Below are positions 39,312 to 48,077 of a DNA stretch of 64,000 nucleotides, piece after piece (within the stretch, counting starts at the first letter, position 1; each line of letters begins with the position of its first letter). Under the pieces are notes generated by a model. It was not told the DNA's origin. It was given only the letters and a program-made list of their open reading frames with translations, and ran no database searches. Origin of the DNA: an uncultured Clostridia bacterium (lineage in GTDB: Bacteria; Bacillota; Clostridia; Christensenellales; DTU072). The DNA is taken from positions 1,948 through 65,947 of the forward strand of contig CAKQTC010000003.1 of assembly GCA_934274515.1 (NCBI GenBank), written 5' to 3'. Both the position numbers and the translations under genes were made by a program.

Positions 39312-39348
39312 ATCGGCGGTTAAAAATCTTTGCTTTTTAACCGCCGAT
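39312..39348. terminator. bidirectional terminator hairpin between convergent genes
   Basis: Perfect 15-bp stem atcggcggttaaaaa/tttttaaccgccgat with loop tctttgc. Confidence 0.7.
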
Positions 39349-39369
39349 ATGATTTCCGTCTAGTATAAT

Positions 39370-40773
39370 TTACAAGCCGACGATGAAAATTTCGTCGTTA
39401 TTTTGATAGAAGAGCATAAACGAGCCGTCAAGGTTTACGAGAATTTTGGCGTTTGTGGTTGTTACGTCAAAATATTTGACCGACAACAAGTCTTTATCGT
39501 TGTAGACGAGAGCGAGTTTTCCGTTTTCGTCGCCGACAAGATAATAGAGCGTGCCGTTGCGATAAACTCCGTCTAAGATGGAGTTTACGTTTATTTCGGA
39601 GTTTAGTTCGTTTATTTTTGCGTTCAAATCGGGGGAAAGCGCAATTACGCCGTTTACGTTGCCTTTACAGACGATGAGTACGTTTTCTCCGTCGAAGTAT
39701 GCGCTGTGGGTGGTGAAATTGCCCATTCGTTTTGAAAGCAGCACTTTAGTAAAAGTTATATCCAAGAATTTTCTTGCGTAGGTTGTGCCGTCGACTAGTT
39801 CCAGTACGACGAAATTTTGCCCTTGCGGCGAGTGGACGGGGAAAACGTCGATACACACCGCGCCGTCGCGTTTCGTTTCGGATAAAACAGAAAGAGAAGA
39901 CTTAGAAATTTGCGTACAGGAATAATTATTATTTTTCGTATCGGTCGAGATAAGGGCGTAAAACGAGCCGTATTCGAATATTTTTACTATTTTCCCTTTG
40001 CCGACGCTTTGAAAAGAAATTGCGCCGTTATTTACGGCATATACGAGAGTTTCTTCGCTGAATTCCACAAAGAACAGGAAGGAATCGGACGTGGCGAGAA
40101 GAACTCCGTCAGGAATGCAACCTACCTTGTAACGTGTTTTTACTTTGGAGAGTTCGTAAGAAACGACGAATAAAGTCCCGTCTTTGTTATCTGCGTTTTT
40201 AGCGGCAATAACCAAGCCGTCTACGGTCGCGCACGCGTCTACGTATTTGAAATCGTAATCGTTTATCGAGAGTGTAGTCAATATATTGCCGTAAGAATCT
40301 AGTTTAACTATCCCTAAGCACGGTTTTTCGCCGCATACGTCGCCTTGCGTTGCTTGTGAATAAACTATCGCATATATTCCTACGGAAGTCTGTATTACGT
40401 CGCAAAGTTCGATATTGTTGTTGCCGAAAATTCTTTGCGAATAAGCGTACAACTCGTTCGTCGTTGATTTTCTCGGAACGATGCCGTCGTATTTTTTCGG
40501 TATTTCGGTCGGGACGTCCGGGGTGGTCGGGACGTCGGATTCTGTCGGTATTGTCGGAGCGTCGGGCTTATTTACGTCGGACGGCTCGGGTTTCTTCGTT
40601 TCGCCCGACGTATTCTCGATGTCATCGGGATTAACTTGCGTATTATTTTTGTCATCGGTTATACCGCCGGCGGAGTTTTGTACGGGGTTGAGAATATAAA
40701 TGCTTAGCGACGCAATCGTCAAAATTAAAAAAGCGTATAAAAACGCAGGTATGTGTTTTTTTAGTTTCTTCAT
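39370..40773 (-). CDS. type II membrane-anchored protein: TM helix, Pro/Thr-rich linker, beta-rich ectodomain
   Basis: MKKLKKHIPAFLYAFLILTIASLSIYIL anchor. Linker KPEPSDVNKPDAPTIPTESDVPTTPDVPTE. About 360 aa of short beta-strand-like segments, propeller-like by eye only. Confidence 0.7.
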   Translation of the reverse strand: MKKLKKHIPAFLYAFLILTIASLSIYILNPVQNSAGGITDDKNNTQVNPDDIENTSGETKKPEPSDVNKPDAPTIPTESDVPTTPDVPTEIPKKYDGIVPRKSTTNELYAYSQRIFGNNNIELCDVIQTSVGIYAIVYSQATQGDVCGEKPCLGIVKLDSYGNILTTLSINDYDFKYVDACATVDGLVIAAKNADNKDGTLFVVSYELSKVKTRYKVGCIPDGVLLATSDSFLFFVEFSEETLVYAVNNGAISFQSVGKGKIVKIFEYGSFYALISTDTKNNNYSCTQISKSSLSVLSETKRDGAVCIDVFPVHSPQGQNFVVLELVDGTTYARKFLDITFTKVLLSKRMGNFTTHSAYFDGENVLIVCKGNVNGVIALSPDLNAKINELNSEINVNSILDGVYRNGTLYYLVGDENGKLALVYNDKDLLSVKYFDVTTTNAKILVNLDGSFMLFYQNNDEIFIVGL

Positions 40774-40864
40774 TTTTTATACCTCCTGCGATAATTATAA
40801 AATAATTATAAAACCACAGAAAGCGGAAAACAAAAATTCTTAAAAAAACTCAAATATCGACAAA

Positions 40865-41881
40865 TTATCGCACAACGGAAAGAATTTGTTTTACGATATT
40901 TTCGTTAATTTGCAATACGTTCATAACGGACGGTTTTTTATTCCAAATATTTTCAATTTCGGACAAAAGATTTTCTCCCGTGAGATTTTCTTGCAATATT
41001 ACTTTGCAATAACCGCGTTTTTCAAAACTTTTTGCGTTTAGAATTTGGTCGCCGCGTGACGCGCCTTTCGGTAAAGGAACGGCAATGCAACGGGTTCCCG
41101 TTGCGGCTGCTTCGCACAACGTGTTCGCGCCTGCGCGGCAAATGATGAGGTCGCTTTGTTTAAGAGCGTACGGAAAAGCATCGGTATAAGCGCATTGATA
41201 ATAATTGTTGCATTTTATGTTAAAGTTGCCGTTTTTTCCGCAAATATGGATTACGTTGTATCGTTTTGTAAGTTCGGGTAAAACTTCGTAAACAACGGAG
41301 TTAATCGCCGTTGAACCCGTGCTTCCGCCGCATATCAGAATAGTTTTTCTGTTATCGGACATACCCGTGAAGGAATCAACGTAGTTATTTTTATCTTGTA
41401 GAAACTCTTCGCGGACGGGGTTTCCGACAAACGTTCCGCCTTTTGTTTCGGGAAAAGACGTAAGGACTTTTTCGGCAAAACTTGCGATAATTTTGTTTGC
41501 CAAACCGAGAGTATAGTCCGATTCGTGACACACTACGGGGATGCCGAGTTTTTTTGCCGCAAGGCAAACGGGAAGAGAAACGTAACCGCCTTTTGCGAAA
41601 ATAACGTCGGGCGCAAGGAATTTCAGCAAAATTTTTCCTTCGTCGATACCTTTTTTCAGCATAAAAGGTATTTTAAGGTTAGAAAAGACGCGGTTTCTGT
41701 CGAATTTGACAACCGTTGTTTTGTGATAAGGCAGTCCTGCGTGTTTTACGAGAGATTGCTCTATGCCTTCGCCGCCGAAATAATGGACGGAATCGAAATG
41801 TTTTTTCAATTCGGGTAAAAGCGCGAGATTCGGCATAACGTGTCCTGCCGTTCCGCCCCCGGTAAGCACTATGGTTTTCAT
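40865..41881 (-). CDS. murG: undecaprenyldiphospho-muramoylpentapeptide beta-N-acetylglucosaminyltransferase MurG
   Basis: MKTIVLTGGGTAGHVMPNLAL start with GGAG upstream, plus a GT28 C-terminal domain (ICRAGANTLCEAAA). The track start at 41947 runs through a DNA tandem repeat. Confidence 0.92.
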   Translation of the reverse strand: MKTIVLTGGGTAGHVMPNLALLPELKKHFDSVHYFGGEGIEQSLVKHAGLPYHKTTVVKFDRNRVFSNLKIPFMLKKGIDEGKILLKFLAPDVIFAKGGYVSLPVCLAAKKLGIPVVCHESDYTLGLANKIIASFAEKVLTSFPETKGGTFVGNPVREEFLQDKNNYVDSFTGMSDNRKTILICGGSTGSTAINSVVYEVLPELTKRYNVIHICGKNGNFNIKCNNYYQCAYTDAFPYALKQSDLIICRAGANTLCEAAATGTRCIAVPLPKGASRGDQILNAKSFEKRGYCKVILQENLTGENLLSEIENIWNKKPSVMNVLQINENIVKQILSVVR

Positions 41882-41907
41882 TCTGCTCCGATTCAAGATA
41901 GTATATT

Positions 41908-41940
41908 TATATGTTTTCCTTATTTTATATGTTTTCCTTA
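41908..41940. repeat. tandem direct repeat, 2 x tatatgttttcctta separated by ttt
   Basis: Exact 15-nt copies at 41908-41922 and 41926-41940, 27-59 nt upstream of the murG start (minus strand: taaggaaaacatata). Confidence 0.7.
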
Positions 41941-42291
41941 TCGACAATGTTTGATACAGCGTTATTATTCCGATTCGGATAATTAAAAAGGAGAAACGTG
42001 AATAAATCGCGTTGTGTTTGTCCGGCGAAATATAACGAAAATGAAAAAAGTATCGAAAATCGATATGTTGTAAAAATTATAAATGCGCAAGAATCGGCAA
42101 AAAACCGCAATCGAAAATCTCAAGGAGTAATGGATAAAACGCCATATTTTTATTTTTTCAAAATTTGTAAAAAATATATTTTCGTTAAATTTTTGTTGAT
42201 AAAACTAAGCGCAAATTTGCAAGAAACGGTTGCTTTTTGTCGATATGGGAAAGAAAGCGACGAATATGCGTAAAAATGTGGCGAATTAGTA

Positions 42292-42320
42292 TTGTTTTTT
42301 TGTTATCATAGTGTTATAAT
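42292..42320 (+). promoter_or_regulatory. SigA-type promoter TTGTTT-17-(TG)TATAAT
   Basis: ttgttt at 42292-42297, a spacer ending in tgt, then tataat at 42315-42320. Confidence 0.5.
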
Positions 42321-42352
42321 ATTAAAAAATAAAATCAATAGGAGAACGTAAC

Positions 42353-43258
42353 GTGAAACAACTTTTTTTGAAAGCATTTGACGGAGCCGATATCGGCATT
42401 GATTTATGGGACGAAGTCGAGAACGCGAAAGCGTGCGTGCAGATAGCGCACGGCATGGCGGAACACCCCGACAGATACGACGATTTTGCTCGTTTTCTTA
42501 ACGCGAACGGATTTATCGTGGCGGCAGACGACCACAGAGGACACAGAAGGGGCGCGCTTAACGGTGAAAACGGTATGGTTTACGGCGACAGTTGGAACCA
42601 GACTCTCGAAGATATGAACGTTTTGTGCGATTATCTTAGAGAAACGTACAATCTTCCCGTGATACTCGTCGGACACAGTTACGGCAGTTTCCTTTCGCAA
42701 CGGTTTATAGAACTTCATTCCGACAAACTTGCAGGTTGTATTCTTAGCGGAACGGCGCATATGAAAAACGCGCTTGTAGCCTCGGGCAGAATGATTGCCG
42801 GGTTGCAAAAACTTTTCCTAGGCGGCGACAAGAAAGGCAAACTCATCAACAAACTCAGTTTCGGCGCGTACAACAAGCCGTTCGCAAGTCAAGGACAGGA
42901 TTTTGCTTGGCTTTCCAGGGATAAAGAGCAAGTCGCAAGATACGAAGCCGATCCCGATTGCGGATATGTGCTTTGCATCGATTACTATTATTCGTTCTTT
43001 AACGGCGCGATGCATATGTACGGAAAGGACGCGGAAAATATCAGAAAAGACTTCAAACTTATGATTGCCTGCGGAAGCCAAGATCCCGTTTCTGCGCAAG
43101 CGAAACAGGTCAGAAAACTTTACGATTTCTACAAAGGTCTAGGTCTTAACCCTGTTTTAAAAATTTACGAAGGCGCAAGGCACGAGATACTTAACGAAAC
43201 GAACAAAGACGAAGTTTATAATGATTTCCTGACGTTTCTTAACGGCGTCATAGCATAG
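42353..43258 (+). CDS. alpha/beta hydrolase (lysophospholipase / monoacylglycerol lipase-like)
   Basis: HGMAEH oxyanion region, nucleophile elbow GHSYGS, C-terminal ARHEILNE (His of the triad). AGGAG RBS before the GTG start. Confidence 0.85.
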   Translation: MKQLFLKAFDGADIGIDLWDEVENAKACVQIAHGMAEHPDRYDDFARFLNANGFIVAADDHRGHRRGALNGENGMVYGDSWNQTLEDMNVLCDYLRETYNLPVILVGHSYGSFLSQRFIELHSDKLAGCILSGTAHMKNALVASGRMIAGLQKLFLGGDKKGKLINKLSFGAYNKPFASQGQDFAWLSRDKEQVARYEADPDCGYVLCIDYYYSFFNGAMHMYGKDAENIRKDFKLMIACGSQDPVSAQAKQVRKLYDFYKGLGLNPVLKIYEGARHEILNETNKDEVYNDFLTFLNGVIA

Positions 43259-43271
43259 GAGTGACAAAATA

Positions 43272-45947
43272 ATGAAGACCAAAATCAAGGTTCTGCTCGG
43301 AATAGTTTTATGCGTCGTAATCGGCTGTACGCTTTTCGTCGGCTGTAAAGACAAACCTACTGACGACGACACCCAAATACTCGATCCCGCAACTATCACG
43401 GTCGGCACCGAAGACGAACTTTTTGCCGTAAGCAAGTACGTCGGCGAAAAGTATAAAAACTATACGATAGAACTTACCGCCGATATCGTACTCACAAAAG
43501 ACTGGACTCCGATAGGGCTTTCTCTCGGAAGAGCGTTTTGCGGAACGTTCGACGGAAAAGGAAAGTCGATAAGCGGATTGAAAATCAGCGGCTGGGACGA
43601 CGACGGGGTACCTAAATACGTTTCAAAACAAATTCTCGGTTGGTCAACGGAAGGACAGCCCGTTTACAAAAGTTCGGAAGTTCTTTCTTTTACTAAAGGC
43701 ACTGACCTAGGCGACGGAATTTATCAGGTAAGCAATATTGTCAGAGAGGGCGACGACGCGGACGAAAGTTATGCGAAAATCATTGCCGGCGAAGGTGAGA
43801 AAGAAACGGAAGTTTCTTACGGTAGCGTAGGGCTTTTCGGATACACCAAAGGCGCAAAAATAAAAAATCTAACGGTAAAAAACGCCGATATTTCTTTTTT
43901 TGCGTCGGGTAAATATTCATATGCCGGGATAATAAGCGGTTGTTCCGTTGCCGGAGAATACGAAAACGTAAAAGTTTGCGACGGGCAAATTCGCACTTCG
44001 CACGTTTACGAACAGACAATCACATACGATATGACAAACGCCACGCCGAATGAAATTACAAACGAAGGAATAGTGAGCGAATATGTCGGCGGAATAGTCG
44101 GTTATGCGAAGAGTAACACGGTGATTGCGGACGGTCAAGGCAAAAACGTAGCGACGAAATTTAACGGAGCGGAAAGCGTTAACTTTAAGTACGGCAACGC
44201 AAACTACGAGGCGTTTTACGATTTAGGTATCAGGAAAGAGAAAAATCCCGTTACAGATAAAGCGAACGATAATCTTCTCTGCATCGATACGAACGTGCAA
44301 AAAGGTTACAACAGCACTAAGACGATTGCCAACGGAGGGTTGCCGGCAGGCGAAGCCGGAATGGCGTTGAAAGTTTACGCAGGCGGCGTTGCGGGGTATG
44401 CGGACGGCGTCTCGATAGAAAACGCAACGGTAGACGGATTTAACAAAGTAACGGCTAAAACAGGGACAAACGAAATCGAGATGAACGAACAAACGCTTAT
44501 TTCCGCAAAAGCGTTGTATGCGGCGGGAATTGTCGGCGGACTTTATTCGTCTTCGGTCGAAACCGTTAATGCGAAAAACGTGGGCATTAATTCCGTTTAT
44601 TGGAGAAACTGGGACAACACTTATTATATCGGATTGACAAGAGATAAAGTTACCGCAGGCGGAGCGTTCGGAATTACGCAACGTTCGACCGTTACCGGAG
44701 TTAACGTAGAAAACGTGTATGCGGAAGTATGCGGAACCGGAGACAAGTTTGAAAACGCATGTATGGGCGGAATTATCGGCTATGCGGACGAGCAAACGAC
44801 GATTATGAATTCCACGGCAAAAAAGGTGTATTTTTACAGTTCGCTTAAAGGCAACGGAGAACTCGGCACTATAGTAAGCGGTGCGGTTGCGGTCGTCCGC
44901 AATTCTACCGTTGAAAATGTCGGTGCGGACGACGTTAAGGTTGAAATCGGCGGAGGACTCGAAGGAGATTATATTTTTACGAGAGGTATCGTGTCGCAGG
45001 TTTACGGTAATTCTGTCGTTAAAGATTCCACGGCGAAAAACGTATATATATATAGGAATAGGTATAACTCGCGTGAATTTGAAACCGTAACGCCCGTAAA
45101 AACGAATAATAATTACGTCAACGAAAACGGATACCAAAGCGTCCGGTTATACTATGCGCCCGACGGGAACAAATACGATAAAGTTTACGTTACGGCGTAT
45201 GCGGAACTTATCGGAAGAGACAAAGACGGCAATTTACTCGTAAAAAAAGACGTCTACGTCGAAACCGACGCGTTCTCGTCGTTTGCGGACGGGCAGACAA
45301 TACCCGAAAATATGAAAGATAAATATTACGTGTACAACAAAAAGGACAACAGGTATATATTTATAAGAAGCGCGAGCGGTGACATAGACATAGCGGAAAT
45401 GTACAAAAAATACAACGAGAAATGGATTTACGCAACCAAAGAAACCGCATACGAAGTCGTTATTCTCAAAAAGAACAAACAAAACAAACTCGATAAAAAT
45501 CTTTATAAAGAATACGACGAAAAGAAAGCGAGTTTTGTTGCGACGAACGACGAAACGGCTAAGGACGGAAAAGTTTACTATATAAGCGGAACGGCGTATG
45601 AATCGAACGTAAGCGATTACGTTATCGACGTTACTTTATATGCGGAAAGCAGTAAGCAGTTCGTGCTTGACCCTAAGGACAAAGACAACGATGACGACGA
45701 CGTTAAAGCGTACGCGCGTTATGCGGTAAGCAAAAACATAGTTAAAGAAAGAATGAAAACGCTCGGAGATAAGACGGTTGCGGAAGCATTTCTCGATATA
45801 TTCTTTGCGAACGGCACGGGGTTCAAAAAAGACGTTAACGGCAACGTAATGAAGTATTACGACGCAAGCGTGAAAAACAGGAATTTTGCCGATTATAGAC
45901 TTGTTAGCGGCAGACCGGAAGTAAGCGGATTGTTATATCAACACTAA
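43272..45947 (+). CDS. GLUG-motif surface lipoprotein (891 aa)
   Basis: Lipobox LFVGC. Entry module WTPIG..FCGTFDGKGKSISGLKI. Repeated GLUG-like units (VGLFGYTKGAKIKNLTV, VGGIVGYAKSNTV, AGGVAGYADGVSIENATV, AAGIVGGLYSSSVETV, MGGIIGYADEQTTIMNS). Lys/Asp/Tyr-rich C-terminal third. Confidence 0.75.
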   Translation: MKTKIKVLLGIVLCVVIGCTLFVGCKDKPTDDDTQILDPATITVGTEDELFAVSKYVGEKYKNYTIELTADIVLTKDWTPIGLSLGRAFCGTFDGKGKSISGLKISGWDDDGVPKYVSKQILGWSTEGQPVYKSSEVLSFTKGTDLGDGIYQVSNIVREGDDADESYAKIIAGEGEKETEVSYGSVGLFGYTKGAKIKNLTVKNADISFFASGKYSYAGIISGCSVAGEYENVKVCDGQIRTSHVYEQTITYDMTNATPNEITNEGIVSEYVGGIVGYAKSNTVIADGQGKNVATKFNGAESVNFKYGNANYEAFYDLGIRKEKNPVTDKANDNLLCIDTNVQKGYNSTKTIANGGLPAGEAGMALKVYAGGVAGYADGVSIENATVDGFNKVTAKTGTNEIEMNEQTLISAKALYAAGIVGGLYSSSVETVNAKNVGINSVYWRNWDNTYYIGLTRDKVTAGGAFGITQRSTVTGVNVENVYAEVCGTGDKFENACMGGIIGYADEQTTIMNSTAKKVYFYSSLKGNGELGTIVSGAVAVVRNSTVENVGADDVKVEIGGGLEGDYIFTRGIVSQVYGNSVVKDSTAKNVYIYRNRYNSREFETVTPVKTNNNYVNENGYQSVRLYYAPDGNKYDKVYVTAYAELIGRDKDGNLLVKKDVYVETDAFSSFADGQTIPENMKDKYYVYNKKDNRYIFIRSASGDIDIAEMYKKYNEKWIYATKETAYEVVILKKNKQNKLDKNLYKEYDEKKASFVATNDETAKDGKVYYISGTAYESNVSDYVIDVTLYAESSKQFVLDPKDKDNDDDDVKAYARYAVSKNIVKERMKTLGDKTVAEAFLDIFFANGTGFKKDVNGNVMKYYDASVKNRNFADYRLVSGRPEVSGLLYQH

Positions 45948-45972
45948 ACAAAAGAAATCAAAGAGGCATATT

Positions 45973-47898
45973 ATGCAAATCAAATTAAGAGACGAAGTAA
46001 AAGAATTTGAAAGCGGCGCGTCACTGTTCGACATTGCAAAATCGATAAGCGACGGGCTTGCGAGAGTCGCGCTTTGCGCGAAAGTAAACGGACAGGTGCG
46101 AGAAATGGGCACCGTTCTGACGGACGACGCCGAGGTTGAATTTTTGACGTTTAACGACGAAGAAGGAAAGAAAGCGTACAGGCACAGTGCCGCGCACGTT
46201 ATGGCGCAGGCGGTAAAACATCTTAGACCCGATACAAAAGTGGCAATCGGACCTGCCATCGAAAACGGGTTTTACTACGATTTTGATTTTTCCACGCCGT
46301 TTAACCGCGACGAAATAGAGCAGGTTGAAGCAGAGATGAAAAAAATCATCAAAGCAAACTATCCTATTATAAGAAAGGAAATATCCAAAGCGGACGCTCT
46401 CGAATTGTTTAAGGAAGAACCTTATAAAATCGAACTTATAGAAAATCTTCCCGAAACCGAAACCATAAGCATTTATACGCAGGGCGACTTTACCGACCTG
46501 TGTGCGGGACCGCATATTCCTTCTACCGGGTATATTAAAGCGTATAAAATTACGTCGGTAACCGGCGCGTACTGGCGCGGAGACGAACATAACAAGATGC
46601 TGACGCGACTTTACGGAACGGCTTTTGATAAAAAAAGTGCGCTCGAAGAGTACATAACTGCAATCGAAGAGGCGAAAAAACGCGACCATAACAAGATAGG
46701 CAGAGAACTCGGTTACTTTATGACCGACGAAACCATAGGACAGGGATTGCCTTTGCTTATGCCGAACGGCGCAAAACTTTTCCAAATTCTTAATCGATTC
46801 GTTGAAGACGAAGAAGAAAGAAGAGGTTACGTTCGTACGAAAACGCCTTATATGGCAAAGAGAGAACTTTATAAAATAAGCGGACACTGGGATCATTATC
46901 TCGACGGAATGTTCGTAATGGGAGATCCCGAGGCGGAAGGCGAAGTTTTTGCGCTACGTCCGATGACTTGCCCGTTTCAATATACCGTATATAAAAACGG
47001 ACTTAAATCGTACCGTGATTTGCCGCTTAGATACGGTGAAACCAGCACGCTTTTCCGTAACGAGTCAAGTGGTGAAATGCACGGGCTTATAAGGGTAAGG
47101 CAGTTCACCATAAGCGAAGGACATCTTATCGTTCGTCCGGACCAACTGGAACAAGAGTTCAAAGGTTGTCTCGAACTTGCTACGTATTTGCTTAAATGCG
47201 TAGGACTCGAAGACGACGTAAGTTATCGTTTTTCCAAGTGGGATCCGAACAACAAAGATAAGTACATTTACGACCCCGAAAAATGGGATAAAGCGCAAAA
47301 CGAGATGGAAAGAATACTTAACGACCTTAACGTTAAGTACACAGTCGGTATTGACGAAGCGGCGTTTTACGGACCGAAACTCGATATACAGATAAGAAAC
47401 GTTTACGGCAAGGAAGATACGCTCGTTACTATACAAATCGATATGTTCCTTGCGGAAAACTTCGATATGAGTTATATCGACGAAAACGGGAATAAAGTAA
47501 GACCGTATATTATTCATAGAACGAGCATAGGCTGTTATGAGAGAACGATGGCGCTTATACTCGAAAAATTCGGCGGCGCGCTTCCCACGTGGCTTGCTCC
47601 TACGCAAGTTAAGGTTCTCAGCCTTACCGAAAGAACGGAAGACGACGCAAAGACGCTTGTCGCGGAACTTAAAATGAAAGGCGTAAGAGCGGTTGAGGAC
47701 GTACGCAACGAAAAAATCGGATATAAGATCAGAGAGGCGCAACTTGAAAAGGTACCTTATATGATTATTATCGGCGATAAAGAAAAAGAAAACGGCGTCG
47801 TAAGCGTGCGTAATCGCAAGTCCGGAGATATGGGAACGATGACGAAAGAAGAGTTCATCGCGCTTATAAATAAAGAAGTGGAAGAAAAAACGCTGTAA
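45973..47898 (+). CDS. thrS: threonine--tRNA ligase
   Basis: 641 aa with a TGS domain, editing-domain HSAAHVMAQA, class II core and anticodon-binding domain. Confidence 0.97.
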   Translation: MQIKLRDEVKEFESGASLFDIAKSISDGLARVALCAKVNGQVREMGTVLTDDAEVEFLTFNDEEGKKAYRHSAAHVMAQAVKHLRPDTKVAIGPAIENGFYYDFDFSTPFNRDEIEQVEAEMKKIIKANYPIIRKEISKADALELFKEEPYKIELIENLPETETISIYTQGDFTDLCAGPHIPSTGYIKAYKITSVTGAYWRGDEHNKMLTRLYGTAFDKKSALEEYITAIEEAKKRDHNKIGRELGYFMTDETIGQGLPLLMPNGAKLFQILNRFVEDEEERRGYVRTKTPYMAKRELYKISGHWDHYLDGMFVMGDPEAEGEVFALRPMTCPFQYTVYKNGLKSYRDLPLRYGETSTLFRNESSGEMHGLIRVRQFTISEGHLIVRPDQLEQEFKGCLELATYLLKCVGLEDDVSYRFSKWDPNNKDKYIYDPEKWDKAQNEMERILNDLNVKYTVGIDEAAFYGPKLDIQIRNVYGKEDTLVTIQIDMFLAENFDMSYIDENGNKVRPYIIHRTSIGCYERTMALILEKFGGALPTWLAPTQVKVLSLTERTEDDAKTLVAELKMKGVRAVEDVRNEKIGYKIREAQLEKVPYMIIIGDKEKENGVVSVRNRKSGDMGTMTKEEFIALINKEVEEKTL

Positions 47899-47924
47899 AA
47901 ACAATAAAAATCGACTATTTATGC

Positions 47925-47953
47925 TTGACAAACGCGTAAATAATTGGTAATAT
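47925..47953 (+). promoter_or_regulatory. SigA-type promoter TTGACA-17-TAATAT for infC-rpmI-rplT
   Basis: ttgaca at 47925-47930, a 17-nt spacer, then taatat at 47948-47953. Confidence 0.65.
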
Positions 47954-48028
47954 ATTCGAGAAAAGTAGATATGCGTCTCACCGGAAGCAAAAGCGTAACG
48001 GTTTCTGTAATACGAAAAATATTATTGG

Positions 48029-48065
48029 AAAGATGTGTATTTACTATGCACATCTTTTATTTTTG
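48029..48065 (+). terminator. leader attenuator hairpin just upstream of the infC RBS (L20-leader-like)
   Basis: aaagatgtg / cacatcttt 9-bp stem followed by tattttt. It sits at the end of a ~115-nt leader and abuts GGAGG at 48065-48069. Confidence 0.5.
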
Positions 48066-48077
48066 GAGGTACTAACA

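Noticed and set aside
38402-40800. Integrated prophage or integrative element at the tRNA-Leu gene
   Set aside because: There is no integrase, recombinase, or capsid or replication gene, and I could not find a direct repeat of the tRNA 3' end. Only the small XRE module looks foreign, so at most it is a remnant.
41998-42273. 91-aa ORF in the murG-hydrolase spacer
   Set aside because: GTG start without a Shine-Dalgarno sequence, AT-rich low-complexity product (Lys/Asn/Phe-rich), and codon usage unlike the neighbours. More likely non-coding.
46021-47931. 291-aa and 288-aa minus-strand ORFs opposite thrS
   Set aside because: Antisense shadows. thrS is unambiguous on the plus strand.
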